Below, in pieces: positions 41,564 to 51,449 of a stretch of 64,000 nt of DNA; positions within the stretch are counted from its first letter, which is position 1, and each line of letters opens with the position of its first letter. A program made the translations under genes and the position numbers. The notes under the pieces were generated by a model. It saw only the letters and a program-made list of their open reading frames with translations, made no database searches and was not told where the DNA came from. The stretch is taken from assembly GCF_029250625.1 (NCBI RefSeq), contig NZ_JAQXEX010000036.1, one strand, 5' to 3'. Source of the DNA: Poseidonia sp. (GTDB taxonomy: Archaea > Thermoplasmatota > Poseidoniia > Poseidoniales > Poseidoniaceae).

Positions 41564-44176
41564 ATGGAGGGGCCAATTACCGATGTAAGCGCCCTTGGAA
41601 TGCCGAAGGAATTTTCCGATTTTCTGCAACATCAATGGGGAATTACCAACCTCCATCCACCCCAAGCAGAGGCAGCCTCCAGCATCTTGTCTGGCCGAAA
41701 TACTCTCGTCGCGATCCCCACCGCATCAGGGAAGTCGCTACTTGCTTACATGGCTATGGTGCAGCGCTTAAGTGAAGGTCACAAACAATCAAAAGCGATT
41801 TACATCGTCCCTCTGAAAGCCTTGGCGATGGAAAAATACGAGGACCTTTCACAGATTGCAAAAGCCATGGACTTGAAGATTGGCCTCGGTATTGGGGATG
41901 CTACTGCGGAAGCAAAAAACATTGATGATTGCAACATTCTGGTTTGTACTTCTGAAAAATTAGATTCACTCCTGAGGCATAAGGCCGAACTGGTCACCAA
42001 TCTCACGTGCGTCGTAGCCGACGAATTTCACCTGATGAACGATTCCACTCGGGGGCCTACGTTGGAAATCAACCTGACACGCCTCCGCCACATCCGCCCG
42101 GACGCTCAACTCATCGCATTATCTGCCACGGTTGGAAACTGCCAGGCTCTTGCTGACTGGCTGGATGCAGATTTGGTCCAATCCGACTGGAGGCCTGTTG
42201 CCCTTGAGTACGCTACCTTCCATGATTTTCACGTGGAGCCAAGGAAGATTCAATCTTCAAACACCAACCATGATCCATCGGAGTTAAGCCCGCCACGAAC
42301 ACTTGAGGGGCTGAAAAGTCACCCAGTCTGGAGTGTGGTCAGTGATGGTTTGGATACGAAAAGTCAGGTCCTAATGTTCGTCGGGACACGAAGAAGTGCC
42401 CAATCGGAAGCAAAGAACCTCGCTAAAAGAGTTCGAAAACGATTGCTCAAAGAGGACCCAGAACGGCTTGAACGACTCCGAGAAGTGGCTGACCGTTTGG
42501 AAGGCAGGAGTCAATCCAGTCTTGCTGAACAATTGGTTCATTCGATGTCAGGAGGTGTTGGCTTCCATCATGCAGGATTGACATCCGGTCAGCGCAAGGA
42601 AGTTGAAAAGGCCTTCAAATCCGGCCTTCTTGTTGCCTTGACGGCAACCCCGACGCTTGCAGCGGGAGTGAACCTTCCCGCTCGGCGTGTCCTCGTTCGG
42701 GACCTCAAAAGATGGGATGACGGTATGAGTCGCCCACTTCCAGTCATGGAAGTTCGACAGATGCTTGGAAGGGCAGGGCGCCCAAAATACGACACTCGTG
42801 GTGAGGCTTGGGTGTATTGCAAAGGCACCGATGGTTGGGAAGTGGCCGATTCGGTATCGGACCGCTATTTCTTCGGGCCGATAGAAGACATCACCTCAAA
42901 ACTTGCAAATGAGCCTGCAATGCGGATGCATCTGCTTGCTAGTATTGCAACTGGAGGCTTGGTTCACAAAGGTTCGATTGAACATTTCTTTTCATCCACG
43001 TTTTTGGGTTCGACCATGGCGCCTTCTCAACTTCGTGAACGCCTCAATACCATGCTGGACTGGCTGGTTGAGGAACGATTTGTTAGAAAAGTTGGAGTTG
43101 ACGAACATTTTACCGCTCACTGGTTGAACAACAACCTCGACTCACAAGGAGAAGAGGCGTGGGATGATTCACTTCCAGCATGGGCGACCCCTGCGCAGGA
43201 GACAGTGGGTGTGCAGTGGAGCGCAAGCCCCATTGCTTCGCCCAAATCCAATTCACATCGGTCCGCTCACCTCAACCCCTCCCTTGGCTTCGCTCCAGCA
43301 ACGTCTCTGAGCAATACAGGCGGATGGGTTCAACCTTCAGCTGAAGAACCTCACAACATGAAGTATCAAGCAACACAAATGGGCGAAAGGGTGACTCAAT
43401 TGTACCTTGACCCTCTTTCTGCCTCAATTTTGAGGACGGGACTTCGTCGGGCCGTTCGACGAATGGTTCGGGCAGACCGGCCGGTTACTGATTTCGGACT
43501 GCTCCACTTGGCGGTAACAACTCCCGATTTCAATTCACTTTGGGCCAAGACAGCCGACATGGAAGCCAACTCACCGGTTTGGTTGAAGGCCAACTCCACC
43601 GAAGAAGAATTGTTGGTTGACCCGGGTTATGCAGAGGCTATGTTGAGCAATGTCAAAAGCGCATGGATGGTTGAGGAATGGACTGAAGAAGCAACAATTC
43701 GGGACCTTGAAAGCCGGCTTGATGTCTCGCCAGGGGACGTTCATCACCGAGTCGACCTCATGGGATGGTTGTTGGCTGGTGCTCAGCATGTTTTGATGGC
43801 CGATGATGTCTTCTCGGACGAGCACATGCACATTATTTCTGAAATCGTTCAACAAATTAGCGTTCTCCAACAGCGCGTTCGTCATGGCTGCAAACCCGAT
43901 CTGTTGCAACTTGTCAACATTCGTCACGTTGGCCGTCAACGAGCACGAGAGATGGCCTCTTTGGGATTGAGGCAACCCAATGACGTCGCAGCCATGTCAT
44001 CGAAAACCAAGAATGCTCTTCTCAGTTTGAGGGGTTGGGGTCCAATGTTGCTCGATAAAATCATTGTTGAAGTTGAACGGGTGTTGCGAAAATCTTCCAC
44101 TGATTCCGTACAGCAACAACCTATGGTGAGGGATGATGATGTACCTCTTGAAGGCGAACGCTCTGAGGATGGTTGA
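41564..44176 (+). CDS. hel308: Hel308/Hjm-type Ski2-like DNA helicase
   Basis: LVAIPTASGKSLLAYMAM (motif I), VVADEFHLMND (motif II), a SAT-like LSATVGN, the motif VI region MLGRAGRPKYD, and a C-terminal HhH/winged-helix. 870 aa, with a low-complexity insertion around residues 520-600. Confidence 0.85.
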   Translation: MEGPITDVSALGMPKEFSDFLQHQWGITNLHPPQAEAASSILSGRNTLVAIPTASGKSLLAYMAMVQRLSEGHKQSKAIYIVPLKALAMEKYEDLSQIAKAMDLKIGLGIGDATAEAKNIDDCNILVCTSEKLDSLLRHKAELVTNLTCVVADEFHLMNDSTRGPTLEINLTRLRHIRPDAQLIALSATVGNCQALADWLDADLVQSDWRPVALEYATFHDFHVEPRKIQSSNTNHDPSELSPPRTLEGLKSHPVWSVVSDGLDTKSQVLMFVGTRRSAQSEAKNLAKRVRKRLLKEDPERLERLREVADRLEGRSQSSLAEQLVHSMSGGVGFHHAGLTSGQRKEVEKAFKSGLLVALTATPTLAAGVNLPARRVLVRDLKRWDDGMSRPLPVMEVRQMLGRAGRPKYDTRGEAWVYCKGTDGWEVADSVSDRYFFGPIEDITSKLANEPAMRMHLLASIATGGLVHKGSIEHFFSSTFLGSTMAPSQLRERLNTMLDWLVEERFVRKVGVDEHFTAHWLNNNLDSQGEEAWDDSLPAWATPAQETVGVQWSASPIASPKSNSHRSAHLNPSLGFAPATSLSNTGGWVQPSAEEPHNMKYQATQMGERVTQLYLDPLSASILRTGLRRAVRRMVRADRPVTDFGLLHLAVTTPDFNSLWAKTADMEANSPVWLKANSTEEELLVDPGYAEAMLSNVKSAWMVEEWTEEATIRDLESRLDVSPGDVHHRVDLMGWLLAGAQHVLMADDVFSDEHMHIISEIVQQISVLQQRVRHGCKPDLLQLVNIRHVGRQRAREMASLGLRQPNDVAAMSSKTKNALLSLRGWGPMLLDKIIVEVERVLRKSSTDSVQQQPMVRDDDVPLEGERSEDG

Positions 44177-44772
44177 AATCCAAGAAGCCTCTGCGTTGTA
44201 GCATGGAACTCCTTCCGTTCCCTTGTGTAGCCGTCCATGTTGATGAGGCAAAACACCCAGGTGGCGTTATTGATGCATTTCTCAAAGAGCGTCCATCCTC
44301 TCGCTGGGTATTGCTCGGCGGTCATGCAGTTCAAACAAATGCCCAATTGTGGACCGCTTGGGTGAAAACCACTCGGAATGAATTGAGAGATACTTGTGTG
44401 GCTCGTAGCCTTGATGCTGAATTTATGCGCTACCTCGCAGGTACGCATCACGTGTCCGAAGCATTTGCCCGTGCGGGCTATCAAGATGGTTCCGGAGATG
44501 CGTGGATTCTCCATCTTCCGCAGGCTGAATCCTCTCAGAATTCATTGGGGCATATTCATCCATTGGTGCCAGAAAACGCCTCCATTCCCGGAGACCTTAC
44601 TGCCCTGCTCCATGCCTTGGATTGGAAGGTCAGTGATACTCACATGCAACTTTCTATAGAGAAATCAAAACACCTAGGTGCAGATGTGAGTGCAGTGGAA
44701 TTTGAAGAACTTGAAGAACGACTCATCGCTCATATCTCCATGGCTGATGACCAAAGTGCATCTCACCGATAA
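44173..44772 (+). CDS. cgi121: KEOPS complex subunit Cgi121
   Basis: LAGTHHVSEAFARAGYQDG parallels M. jannaschii Cgi121 ASGQRQIHEAIKIIGAKDG. About 200 aa, start overlapping the hel308 stop. Confidence 0.5.
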   Translation: MKSKKPLRCSMELLPFPCVAVHVDEAKHPGGVIDAFLKERPSSRWVLLGGHAVQTNAQLWTAWVKTTRNELRDTCVARSLDAEFMRYLAGTHHVSEAFARAGYQDGSGDAWILHLPQAESSQNSLGHIHPLVPENASIPGDLTALLHALDWKVSDTHMQLSIEKSKHLGADVSAVEFEELEERLIAHISMADDQSASHR

Positions 44773-44810
44773 GGGGAGGGTTCAAAGGCTACTTGTTTTC
44801 ATGATGAATC

Positions 44811-46253
44811 ATGGTAATGGCTGCTAACCAAGGCGAACCCCACATCTCAACTACAGGACGCTATCTTGACCAAGAGAAAGTCCGCAATGCCCTTGATTTG
44901 GCAACAACTTACGGCGCATCCTACGCCGAGGTTCGATTGGTTTCCTTCACACAATCATCTGTTGCAATGAGGGATGGGATACTTGAGCGTGCGATTCCAG
45001 GTCAAGAATTGGGTCTTACGCTACGAATTCTTGCGGACGGTGCTTGGGGCGTCCATTCCACCACCGATATTGCATCCCTTCCGGAGCAAATTGAATCAAC
45101 AACCCGCTTAGCAAAGGCTGTTGCGTCTCGCAGAGCCGACGGGGAAAAGCCAATTGGTCTTGCAGAAATCCCGGTGTTTGAAGATGAACAGCATTGGAAA
45201 TCAAAACTCGATGTGCGTCATACTGAGTTGGATACAAAGATGGATTTAATGAATGATTTCTACAAGGGTGCGAGCCAACACAAGCACGTTGTTTCGGTCA
45301 CCACAGGTTGGAGCGATGAACACATTCACACCGAACTCATGACCTCTGAAGGCATGGACAGGGCTTGGTCGTTTCAACGCTCGTTGGTCCACGGCATGGT
45401 CACTGCTCGGGACGATGCAGAAGTGGTCTCATACCGAACGAGAACTGGAGGGCAAGGCGGCCTTGAACTCATCCAGGGCGTTGATTTAACGGAATTGGGT
45501 GAGCAAGCTCAAACCGCAGCACTTCGCCTTCTCACGGCAGAGCGTGCTCCGTCCGGAAAGATGCCGCTGATCGCAGACAATGATTTGACAGGCGTTTACA
45601 TCCATGAAGCCCTCGGTCACCCTTGTGAGGCGGACTTGGTCGCTGCTGGTGATTCATGCCTGGCAGGAAAACTTGGAGAAAAAATCGGAAATGACATCGT
45701 GACCGTAGTTGATGACCCAACGCTCATGGGTGGATACGGTGCATACCCTATTGACGATGAGGGAGTGAACACACGAGAGAAAGTCCTCATCAAGAACGGC
45801 GTTCTTACCGAATACCTCAATCATCGGGAGACTGCACATCATTTCGGCATGGAGCCTAACGGCGGTGCAAGGGCTCAAGACGGCCTTCATCACCCTCTCG
45901 TTCGTATGTCCAACACCATGATTCAAGGCGGTTCTCACGCAGATTTGGACGAATTGATGGAGGATGTTGAGTACGGCATCTATGCCTGCGGAACCCGAGG
46001 CGGTCAAGTTGACACCGGTCGCGGTTCGTTCCAATTTGCAGCGCAAGAGGCTTGGCTTATCGAAAACGGGGAATTAACCCGTCCACTCAAAGATGTCAGT
46101 GTGAGTGGAATGACCCTTGAAATTCTCAAGAACGTGGATGGGCTTGCCCGTGATGCATCGCTAGCCACGCCTGGGTTCTGCGGGAAAGGTCAAACTGTTC
46201 CCGTTGGAGATGGTGGCCCAGTAATGCGAATACGCGAGGCTTTGGTGGGATGA
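44811..46253 (+). CDS. tldD: TldD metallopeptidase
   Basis: HEALGHPCEAD (HExxxH) plus the conserved C-terminal GGxGxY.IDDEGV...G.F.F...EAWLIENGE core. Confidence 0.85.
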   Translation: MVMAANQGEPHISTTGRYLDQEKVRNALDLATTYGASYAEVRLVSFTQSSVAMRDGILERAIPGQELGLTLRILADGAWGVHSTTDIASLPEQIESTTRLAKAVASRRADGEKPIGLAEIPVFEDEQHWKSKLDVRHTELDTKMDLMNDFYKGASQHKHVVSVTTGWSDEHIHTELMTSEGMDRAWSFQRSLVHGMVTARDDAEVVSYRTRTGGQGGLELIQGVDLTELGEQAQTAALRLLTAERAPSGKMPLIADNDLTGVYIHEALGHPCEADLVAAGDSCLAGKLGEKIGNDIVTVVDDPTLMGGYGAYPIDDEGVNTREKVLIKNGVLTEYLNHRETAHHFGMEPNGGARAQDGLHHPLVRMSNTMIQGGSHADLDELMEDVEYGIYACGTRGGQVDTGRGSFQFAAQEAWLIENGELTRPLKDVSVSGMTLEILKNVDGLARDASLATPGFCGKGQTVPVGDGGPVMRIREALVG

Positions 46254-47659
46254 TTATGCTGCCTGATGGTGCACAAGATAGATTGCTTGCCAACGCTCAA
46301 CGCATCGTTGATGCTTGTTCTTCGATCGGGGTTCAACAATGGGACCTCGTAGGATTCCAGTCATACGGTCATGAACTTGATATTGAGGCAGGAAAAATCA
46401 CCATGGCTGGAGGCGGTGGTGAAGGTGGATTTGGAATCCGAGTGGTCGAAGACGGTCGTTTTGGTTTTGCTCACTTGGTCGATGTTTCGGGTGCGGAGCG
46501 TGCGGTCCAGCAAGCGCTGAGTATCGCTCGTAAATCACCCTCGATTGCAAACTTCGTCCTACCCAGCGAGCAGGCAGCCACAAAGGTAGGGGGTATGTGT
46601 GATACAAACATCCTCAATCTTGGCCCTGAGGACCTTCTGGAACAAGCAGACGCTTTGCTCAGTGCGGTGAAAAGTGCAGATGAACGTGCGATCGTAACGG
46701 GTGGAGGCGTAGGAGTCTCTGCGACCGCTTCTTGTCTCCTGAACAGCGAGGGGATTCTGGAAAGCGGATTGACAACATCCCATGGCCTTGGCGTTCAAGT
46801 TACCATCGATAACGATGGGAAGATGACCAGTTCTTACCAAGGCGATTCATCAAGGACAAAAATGGTTGACGTTCCTGATTGTGTAGAGCTCGCCGTTGAC
46901 TGGGCTGTGAGAACTCAACATCCAATTGAAGTTGAACCTGGGGCGTCAGATGCTCCGGTTTTGATGACGAGTGAAGGGTTCTCTCCTTTGTTTTCAATGG
47001 TTGTCCCCCCCGCTATGATGGGTGAGAAGTTGGTTCGAAAAGAATCTTTTTGGACCGGGAAAATGAATCAAAATGTTATGTCTGAAGACCTCTCAATCGT
47101 TGATAACGGTCTCTTGGAGGGTGGTTTCTCATCAGGTTCGCGAGACGGCGAAGGTGTTCCCAAGCGAAAGCAAAGTTTGGTTGAATCCGGTCGGTTGGTG
47201 AACATGCTTTGGTCCACACGAGATGCCGCTCAGCAAGTTGCAGAGGGACGGATTGATGTTGCACAATCAACCGGTTCGGCTGTAAGCCGGGGGCATCAAT
47301 CCCCGCCATCCACCGGTGCCTCTGAACTCATGATGACCTCTGCAAAAGGAAGTCGAACTTTTGACCAGATGCTGGAACAGATGGGTGACGGATACGTTGT
47401 AAACAGCGTGATGGGTGCCCATACCGCCAATCCCACAAGCGGTGACTTTTCGGTGACCACGAGCAGTATTCTTCGCGTCGTAGGCGGCGAAATCATCGGT
47501 CCACTCAAGCAAGCAGGTCTGTCCGGGAATCTTGCAAAGGCCTTGGCGGGTAATGTTGTCCTTGGTGATGATGTCCGCAGACAGGGTTCTTACTCCTCTG
47601 GGAGCATGCATTTACCCGATGTGTTGTTGATGGAAGGGCTACGTGTTAACCCTGCATAA
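46250..47659 (+). CDS. pmbA: PmbA/TldE partner of TldD
   Basis: Paralogous TldD/PmbA fold lacking HExxxH. It overlaps the tldD stop by 4 nt. Confidence 0.75.
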   Translation: MIMLPDGAQDRLLANAQRIVDACSSIGVQQWDLVGFQSYGHELDIEAGKITMAGGGGEGGFGIRVVEDGRFGFAHLVDVSGAERAVQQALSIARKSPSIANFVLPSEQAATKVGGMCDTNILNLGPEDLLEQADALLSAVKSADERAIVTGGGVGVSATASCLLNSEGILESGLTTSHGLGVQVTIDNDGKMTSSYQGDSSRTKMVDVPDCVELAVDWAVRTQHPIEVEPGASDAPVLMTSEGFSPLFSMVVPPAMMGEKLVRKESFWTGKMNQNVMSEDLSIVDNGLLEGGFSSGSRDGEGVPKRKQSLVESGRLVNMLWSTRDAAQQVAEGRIDVAQSTGSAVSRGHQSPPSTGASELMMTSAKGSRTFDQMLEQMGDGYVVNSVMGAHTANPTSGDFSVTTSSILRVVGGEIIGPLKQAGLSGNLAKALAGNVVLGDDVRRQGSYSSGSMHLPDVLLMEGLRVNPA

Positions 47660-47821
47660 GGCAACACTGGACAAAATCAAAAGCCATTCTTTATGGCCTG
47701 TCGTCTTCCGTGGACAGTACCATGGAGGTAAAGGGAGTGTTATATCTGAACCAAACCGCACGAAAGCCCGCAGCCTGTTCTCCGTACAGGTGTCGAACAA
47801 CAATGTCTTACGGAGGGTCGC

Positions 47822-49510
47822 TTGATGTCTGAAGAAAAGTATGCAGATTACGTCCAAGCGGTCGTCAAAGAATGTCCAGACGCCGACCCCGCAGAAGTCG
47901 CTACGGCCTTTGCCAAATACGAAGATGAATTTTACATTCCTCCTCAAGATGCTATGCGCTCAGTACTTCGTCGCTTCAAGAGTGGGACGGGTCCTGCGAC
48001 CACAAGCACGACCACCCGTCAAGAACGGGAAACAAAGAAAGTCGCTACCCTCTCTGAACTGAGCGGTGACGACCGTGATATCGAGATTGAAGTGGCCATT
48101 GTGACTCACAATATCCGTGATCAACTCATTCGCGGAGAGGAGAAGCAAATCGCTTTCGGATTCCTTGAAGACAACCCTTGGGAAGAAGGCGCAACAAAAA
48201 CTCGCTGGGATTACAAAGATTGGGGGACGCACGCCAATCTTGCAGCAGGTAGCATCGTTCGAATAGAGGGTGCGAGCGTCAACGAGTACAACGGTAAAAT
48301 GTCGCTTAACATCAATCAGTCCACAGGTATTGTAGTCCTCAAAGAAGGGGTTGCAACAACGGTTTCTACTAACGACCCCGTTGAAATCAGCAGTGTCCCC
48401 TCTGACGGCTACATCTGCGTCGTCGGAAGAGTACTTACCTCACGCCCTGACCAAATACATCGAAAGGATGGCTCAGGCTCAATCGAAGTTGTTCGTGGGC
48501 GAATTGCTGACGAAACCGGAACGATTGGTTTCCTCTCATGGGAGCCCTTTGACCATGAAGTAGGCTCATTGCTCAAGATTGATGGAGCACAAGTACGAAG
48601 TTTCCGAGACACTCCGGAATTGAACTTCGGACGAACGACCCGCATCGAAGTATTTCACGATGCTAACTTCTCTGACTTGGAAACGCTATCCAACAGCACT
48701 TCCCTTACCATCTCACAGTTCCGAGACGGTTCAAGAGATGTTGATGCAGTCGTCCAAATTACCGAATGGAACAAGCGAAGTTTCACTCGTGATGGGGAAG
48801 AGAAATTCCTTTGGTCGGGGCAAATTGCAGACCCGTCAGGTCGCTGCAGAATGAGCGCATGGCAAGAACTGCCTATTGCTGAAGGAGATTTGCCGGTGAC
48901 GGTTCGACTCAAAGGCGTGCGAATACGAGCATGGCAAGGGATTCCTGATGTGACTGTGGACAACGCAGACCAGGTGGAACTCTTGGAAAGCCCACCTTGG
49001 GATGAAACGATTGACCTCAGCAATCACTCGGTCGAAATATCGCTCACTGAGATGGTCAATGGGCCAAGCCGAGTTGGTATTGAGACCAACGGCCTTGTTG
49101 TTAGCGTTCGAGAAGACTCCGGATTGATTCGTCGCTGTACGGAATGTCGCCGTGTCCTCAGGGACGGTGCCTGTGCAGACCACGGCCCCAATGAAGGAAA
49201 TGAAGATGTCCGTCTCCGACTCGTTGTTGACCACGACGGTTCAACTGCAGCAGTCTTGGTTAACAAAGAGGCCACACTTGCTGCTTTAGGGATGACTTAC
49301 GAAGCGCTTCAAGGGTCGGTTAAAGACCACGGTGACGCCGGATTTGTACAATCTGTGAGGGAACTTCTTCTCGGGAAAACCGTAATTGTTGCAGGACGTA
49401 GTATTGTCGATGAACAGGGTGCAATGTTGCTTGCAGATCGCTTGGAAGCACCTGCTTCGGATTCTCAACTCAGGGCCACTGAGTTGCGTGCTTTGTGGGG
49501 GTGGTCCTGA
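47822..49510 (+). CDS. rpa: Replication protein A large subunit (multiple OB folds plus zinc ribbon)
   Basis: Three or four OB-fold-like segments (DIEIEVAIVTHNIRDQ..., GYICVVGRVLTSRPDQ..., DVDAVVQITEWNKRSF...) and a CTECRRVLRDGACADHG zinc ribbon. Confidence 0.8.
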   Translation: MMSEEKYADYVQAVVKECPDADPAEVATAFAKYEDEFYIPPQDAMRSVLRRFKSGTGPATTSTTTRQERETKKVATLSELSGDDRDIEIEVAIVTHNIRDQLIRGEEKQIAFGFLEDNPWEEGATKTRWDYKDWGTHANLAAGSIVRIEGASVNEYNGKMSLNINQSTGIVVLKEGVATTVSTNDPVEISSVPSDGYICVVGRVLTSRPDQIHRKDGSGSIEVVRGRIADETGTIGFLSWEPFDHEVGSLLKIDGAQVRSFRDTPELNFGRTTRIEVFHDANFSDLETLSNSTSLTISQFRDGSRDVDAVVQITEWNKRSFTRDGEEKFLWSGQIADPSGRCRMSAWQELPIAEGDLPVTVRLKGVRIRAWQGIPDVTVDNADQVELLESPPWDETIDLSNHSVEISLTEMVNGPSRVGIETNGLVVSVREDSGLIRRCTECRRVLRDGACADHGPNEGNEDVRLRLVVDHDGSTAAVLVNKEATLAALGMTYEALQGSVKDHGDAGFVQSVRELLLGKTVIVAGRSIVDEQGAMLLADRLEAPASDSQLRATELRALWGWS

Positions 49511-50442
49511 TGCAGCGACAACGAATCGTACGTCAGCCAGCATTCCTCATGCTCGCATCGGAATTCGGCACGGCAACGCTGAACGAAAAGGGGTCTGGAG
49601 AATTTGACCCGTCCTTTGTGATTACCAAATTGGGCTCAAAAGCAAACCGAGTGGTAGTTTGCGGCCTGCTGGAACGACTTGAAATCCGAGAGACAAGCAA
49701 TGGTGCAACGCTTTACCAAGGTCAACTGAGAGATCCAACCGGCTTGCATTACTTCTCTGTCGGGGATTATAATTCCGAAACCATGCGAGAAATGTCCAGC
49801 CAGTGGGCTGGACGCACAGAAGAAGGAGAGCCTATTCTCCTTATGATGACAGCAAAAACGCGATGGTATCAGACGGATGAAGGTGCAGTTTACACTTCTC
49901 TAAGACCAGAAGAGGCGTGTGAAGTAACTCGAGATGTTTATGCAAACTGGCTTCTGGACGCCTGTGAGAGCACAATGGCACGCATGAAGGCTTACACCGC
50001 TTCTTTGGAACTTGAGGCTACCATGGAGGCCTACGAACGAAGTGACCTCCCAAGCGGGATGAAGCAGGGGCTTTTGGCCGCCAGAAACCATTACGACGAA
50101 GTTGACCTTGAACCGTTTAATCTCAATCTTATGCAAGCTTTGGACATTGCTGAAGGAAAAATGGCTGCGGCAACCACGCCACCGCCTATGGTCCGCCTTC
50201 CTGATGGAGATGAACCGAATGGGGAAACCGGTGACGGTGAACTCCGAGGTTTCATTCTTCACGTCGTTCAACACTTTGACCAAGGAGATGGAGTTGATTT
50301 CAACACGATTCTCAAGAATGCAGCAGCCCGAGGCTACGTCCGTGAGCAAGCTGAGGCTATGCTGGATGAGTTGGCTGACAGTGGTGATGTTGACGAACCT
50401 CGTTTTGGCTGGTTCAGGGCCCTTAGCGTCAAAGAAGAATAA
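49495..50442 (+). CDS. RPA32-like / RPA-associated subunit (OB fold plus C-terminal winged helix)
   Basis: OB-like NRVVVCGLLERLEIRETSNGATLYQGQLRDPTG and a C-terminal wH-like ILHVVQHFDQGDGVDFNTILKNAAARGYVREQAEAMLDEL. It overlaps the rpa stop. Confidence 0.5.
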   Translation: MGVVLMQRQRIVRQPAFLMLASEFGTATLNEKGSGEFDPSFVITKLGSKANRVVVCGLLERLEIRETSNGATLYQGQLRDPTGLHYFSVGDYNSETMREMSSQWAGRTEEGEPILLMMTAKTRWYQTDEGAVYTSLRPEEACEVTRDVYANWLLDACESTMARMKAYTASLELEATMEAYERSDLPSGMKQGLLAARNHYDEVDLEPFNLNLMQALDIAEGKMAAATTPPPMVRLPDGDEPNGETGDGELRGFILHVVQHFDQGDGVDFNTILKNAAARGYVREQAEAMLDELADSGDVDEPRFGWFRALSVKEE

Positions 50443-50493
50443 TCCAACACATTCAAGTCCTTCTTGTGGTGTGGTAAGTTTAGGGGTCACCAC

Positions 50494-50847
50494 ATGCCAG
50501 GAATTGATTTCTTTATCCGTCCCGCAACAGGCACATCAAGTTCTGATTGGTTGCGAATACCAAATGCTGACATCAAAGTCCGTATGACGCGTCGATTGAC
50601 TCGAACGGTCATTCGTGGCCAAGAAGGTGACGACCTTCATGACGAAGGTTCCGAATCCACTGTTTACACTGTTCGTGGCGAACTCTCACTGGATGAATAC
50701 AAATCAGTAATCAGCATGTTTCGCACCGGTCAACCCTACATTCACGATCCTTTCGAAGAGCGAGATGTTAAGGTCATTTTTGCAGCAATGGAATACGACA
50801 GTTCGAATGAACATTTTATGTTTGAATTGTTGGAAGATGTCATCTGA
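50494..50847 (+). CDS. Hypothetical 117-aa soluble protein (candidate third RPA subunit or pilus-module accessory)
   Basis: The track start at 50464 is TTG, so ATG 50494 (MPGIDFF) is used. No TM segment and no recognised motif. Confidence 0.3.
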   Translation: MPGIDFFIRPATGTSSSDWLRIPNADIKVRMTRRLTRTVIRGQEGDDLHDEGSESTVYTVRGELSLDEYKSVISMFRTGQPYIHDPFEERDVKVIFAAMEYDSSNEHFMFELLEDVI

Positions 50848-50857
50848 GGGATTTCAC

Positions 50858-51439
50858 ATGAGGAAACTAGAGGAGAAACGTGAACTTCTCTATGTCATTC
50901 GTACTCTCGACGTGTTGATGTCCTCAGGTGTCGGTCTAGAGGCAGCACTCCACACCATTGGAAAAGGTGGGTACGGAATCATCTCAGAAGACTTTTCGGC
51001 AATGATGAAGCGATTGCAAAAGGGAACCGGTGGCGGTATCGATAAGGAACTCAAATCCTTGATGAAGAAGGCTGAATCCAAGGGATACAAGCGACTATTG
51101 AACACGCTCTACACCAACGTTACTCAAAACACGGACTTGGTTGAAACCCTGAAAAAGCAAGGTGCTCGGATGGAAGAAGAACGTACTGAAGAGGTTGAGA
51201 AATACATCGAAGAACTCGGGGGCGTCCCCGAAACTCTCCTTTCCATTGGGATGATTGGACCAATTATTCTCGCTATTGTCGGGCTTGTCCCACAATTGAT
51301 GTCGGGCGATTTAGGTGCCTTCATGTCACTTCCGCCGGCTTCTACGATCAACGTCGTCGTCAACATTGGACTGTTCATGACGCTTGTGGGTATGTCTCTT
51401 ATTGGATTGAAAGCCCATACTAAGGACCCAGGATTGTGA
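50858..51439 (+). CDS. T2SSF-domain inner-membrane pilus platform protein (TadB-like half)
   Basis: LDVLMSSGVGLEAALHTIGKGGYG..., then two TM helices. Start moved to ATG 50858 (preceded by a GAGGG motif) after the upstream stop. Confidence 0.6.
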   Translation: MRKLEEKRELLYVIRTLDVLMSSGVGLEAALHTIGKGGYGIISEDFSAMMKRLQKGTGGGIDKELKSLMKKAESKGYKRLLNTLYTNVTQNTDLVETLKKQGARMEEERTEEVEKYIEELGGVPETLLSIGMIGPIILAIVGLVPQLMSGDLGAFMSLPPASTINVVVNIGLFMTLVGMSLIGLKAHTKDPGL

Positions 51440-51449
51440 GGTGAATCGG

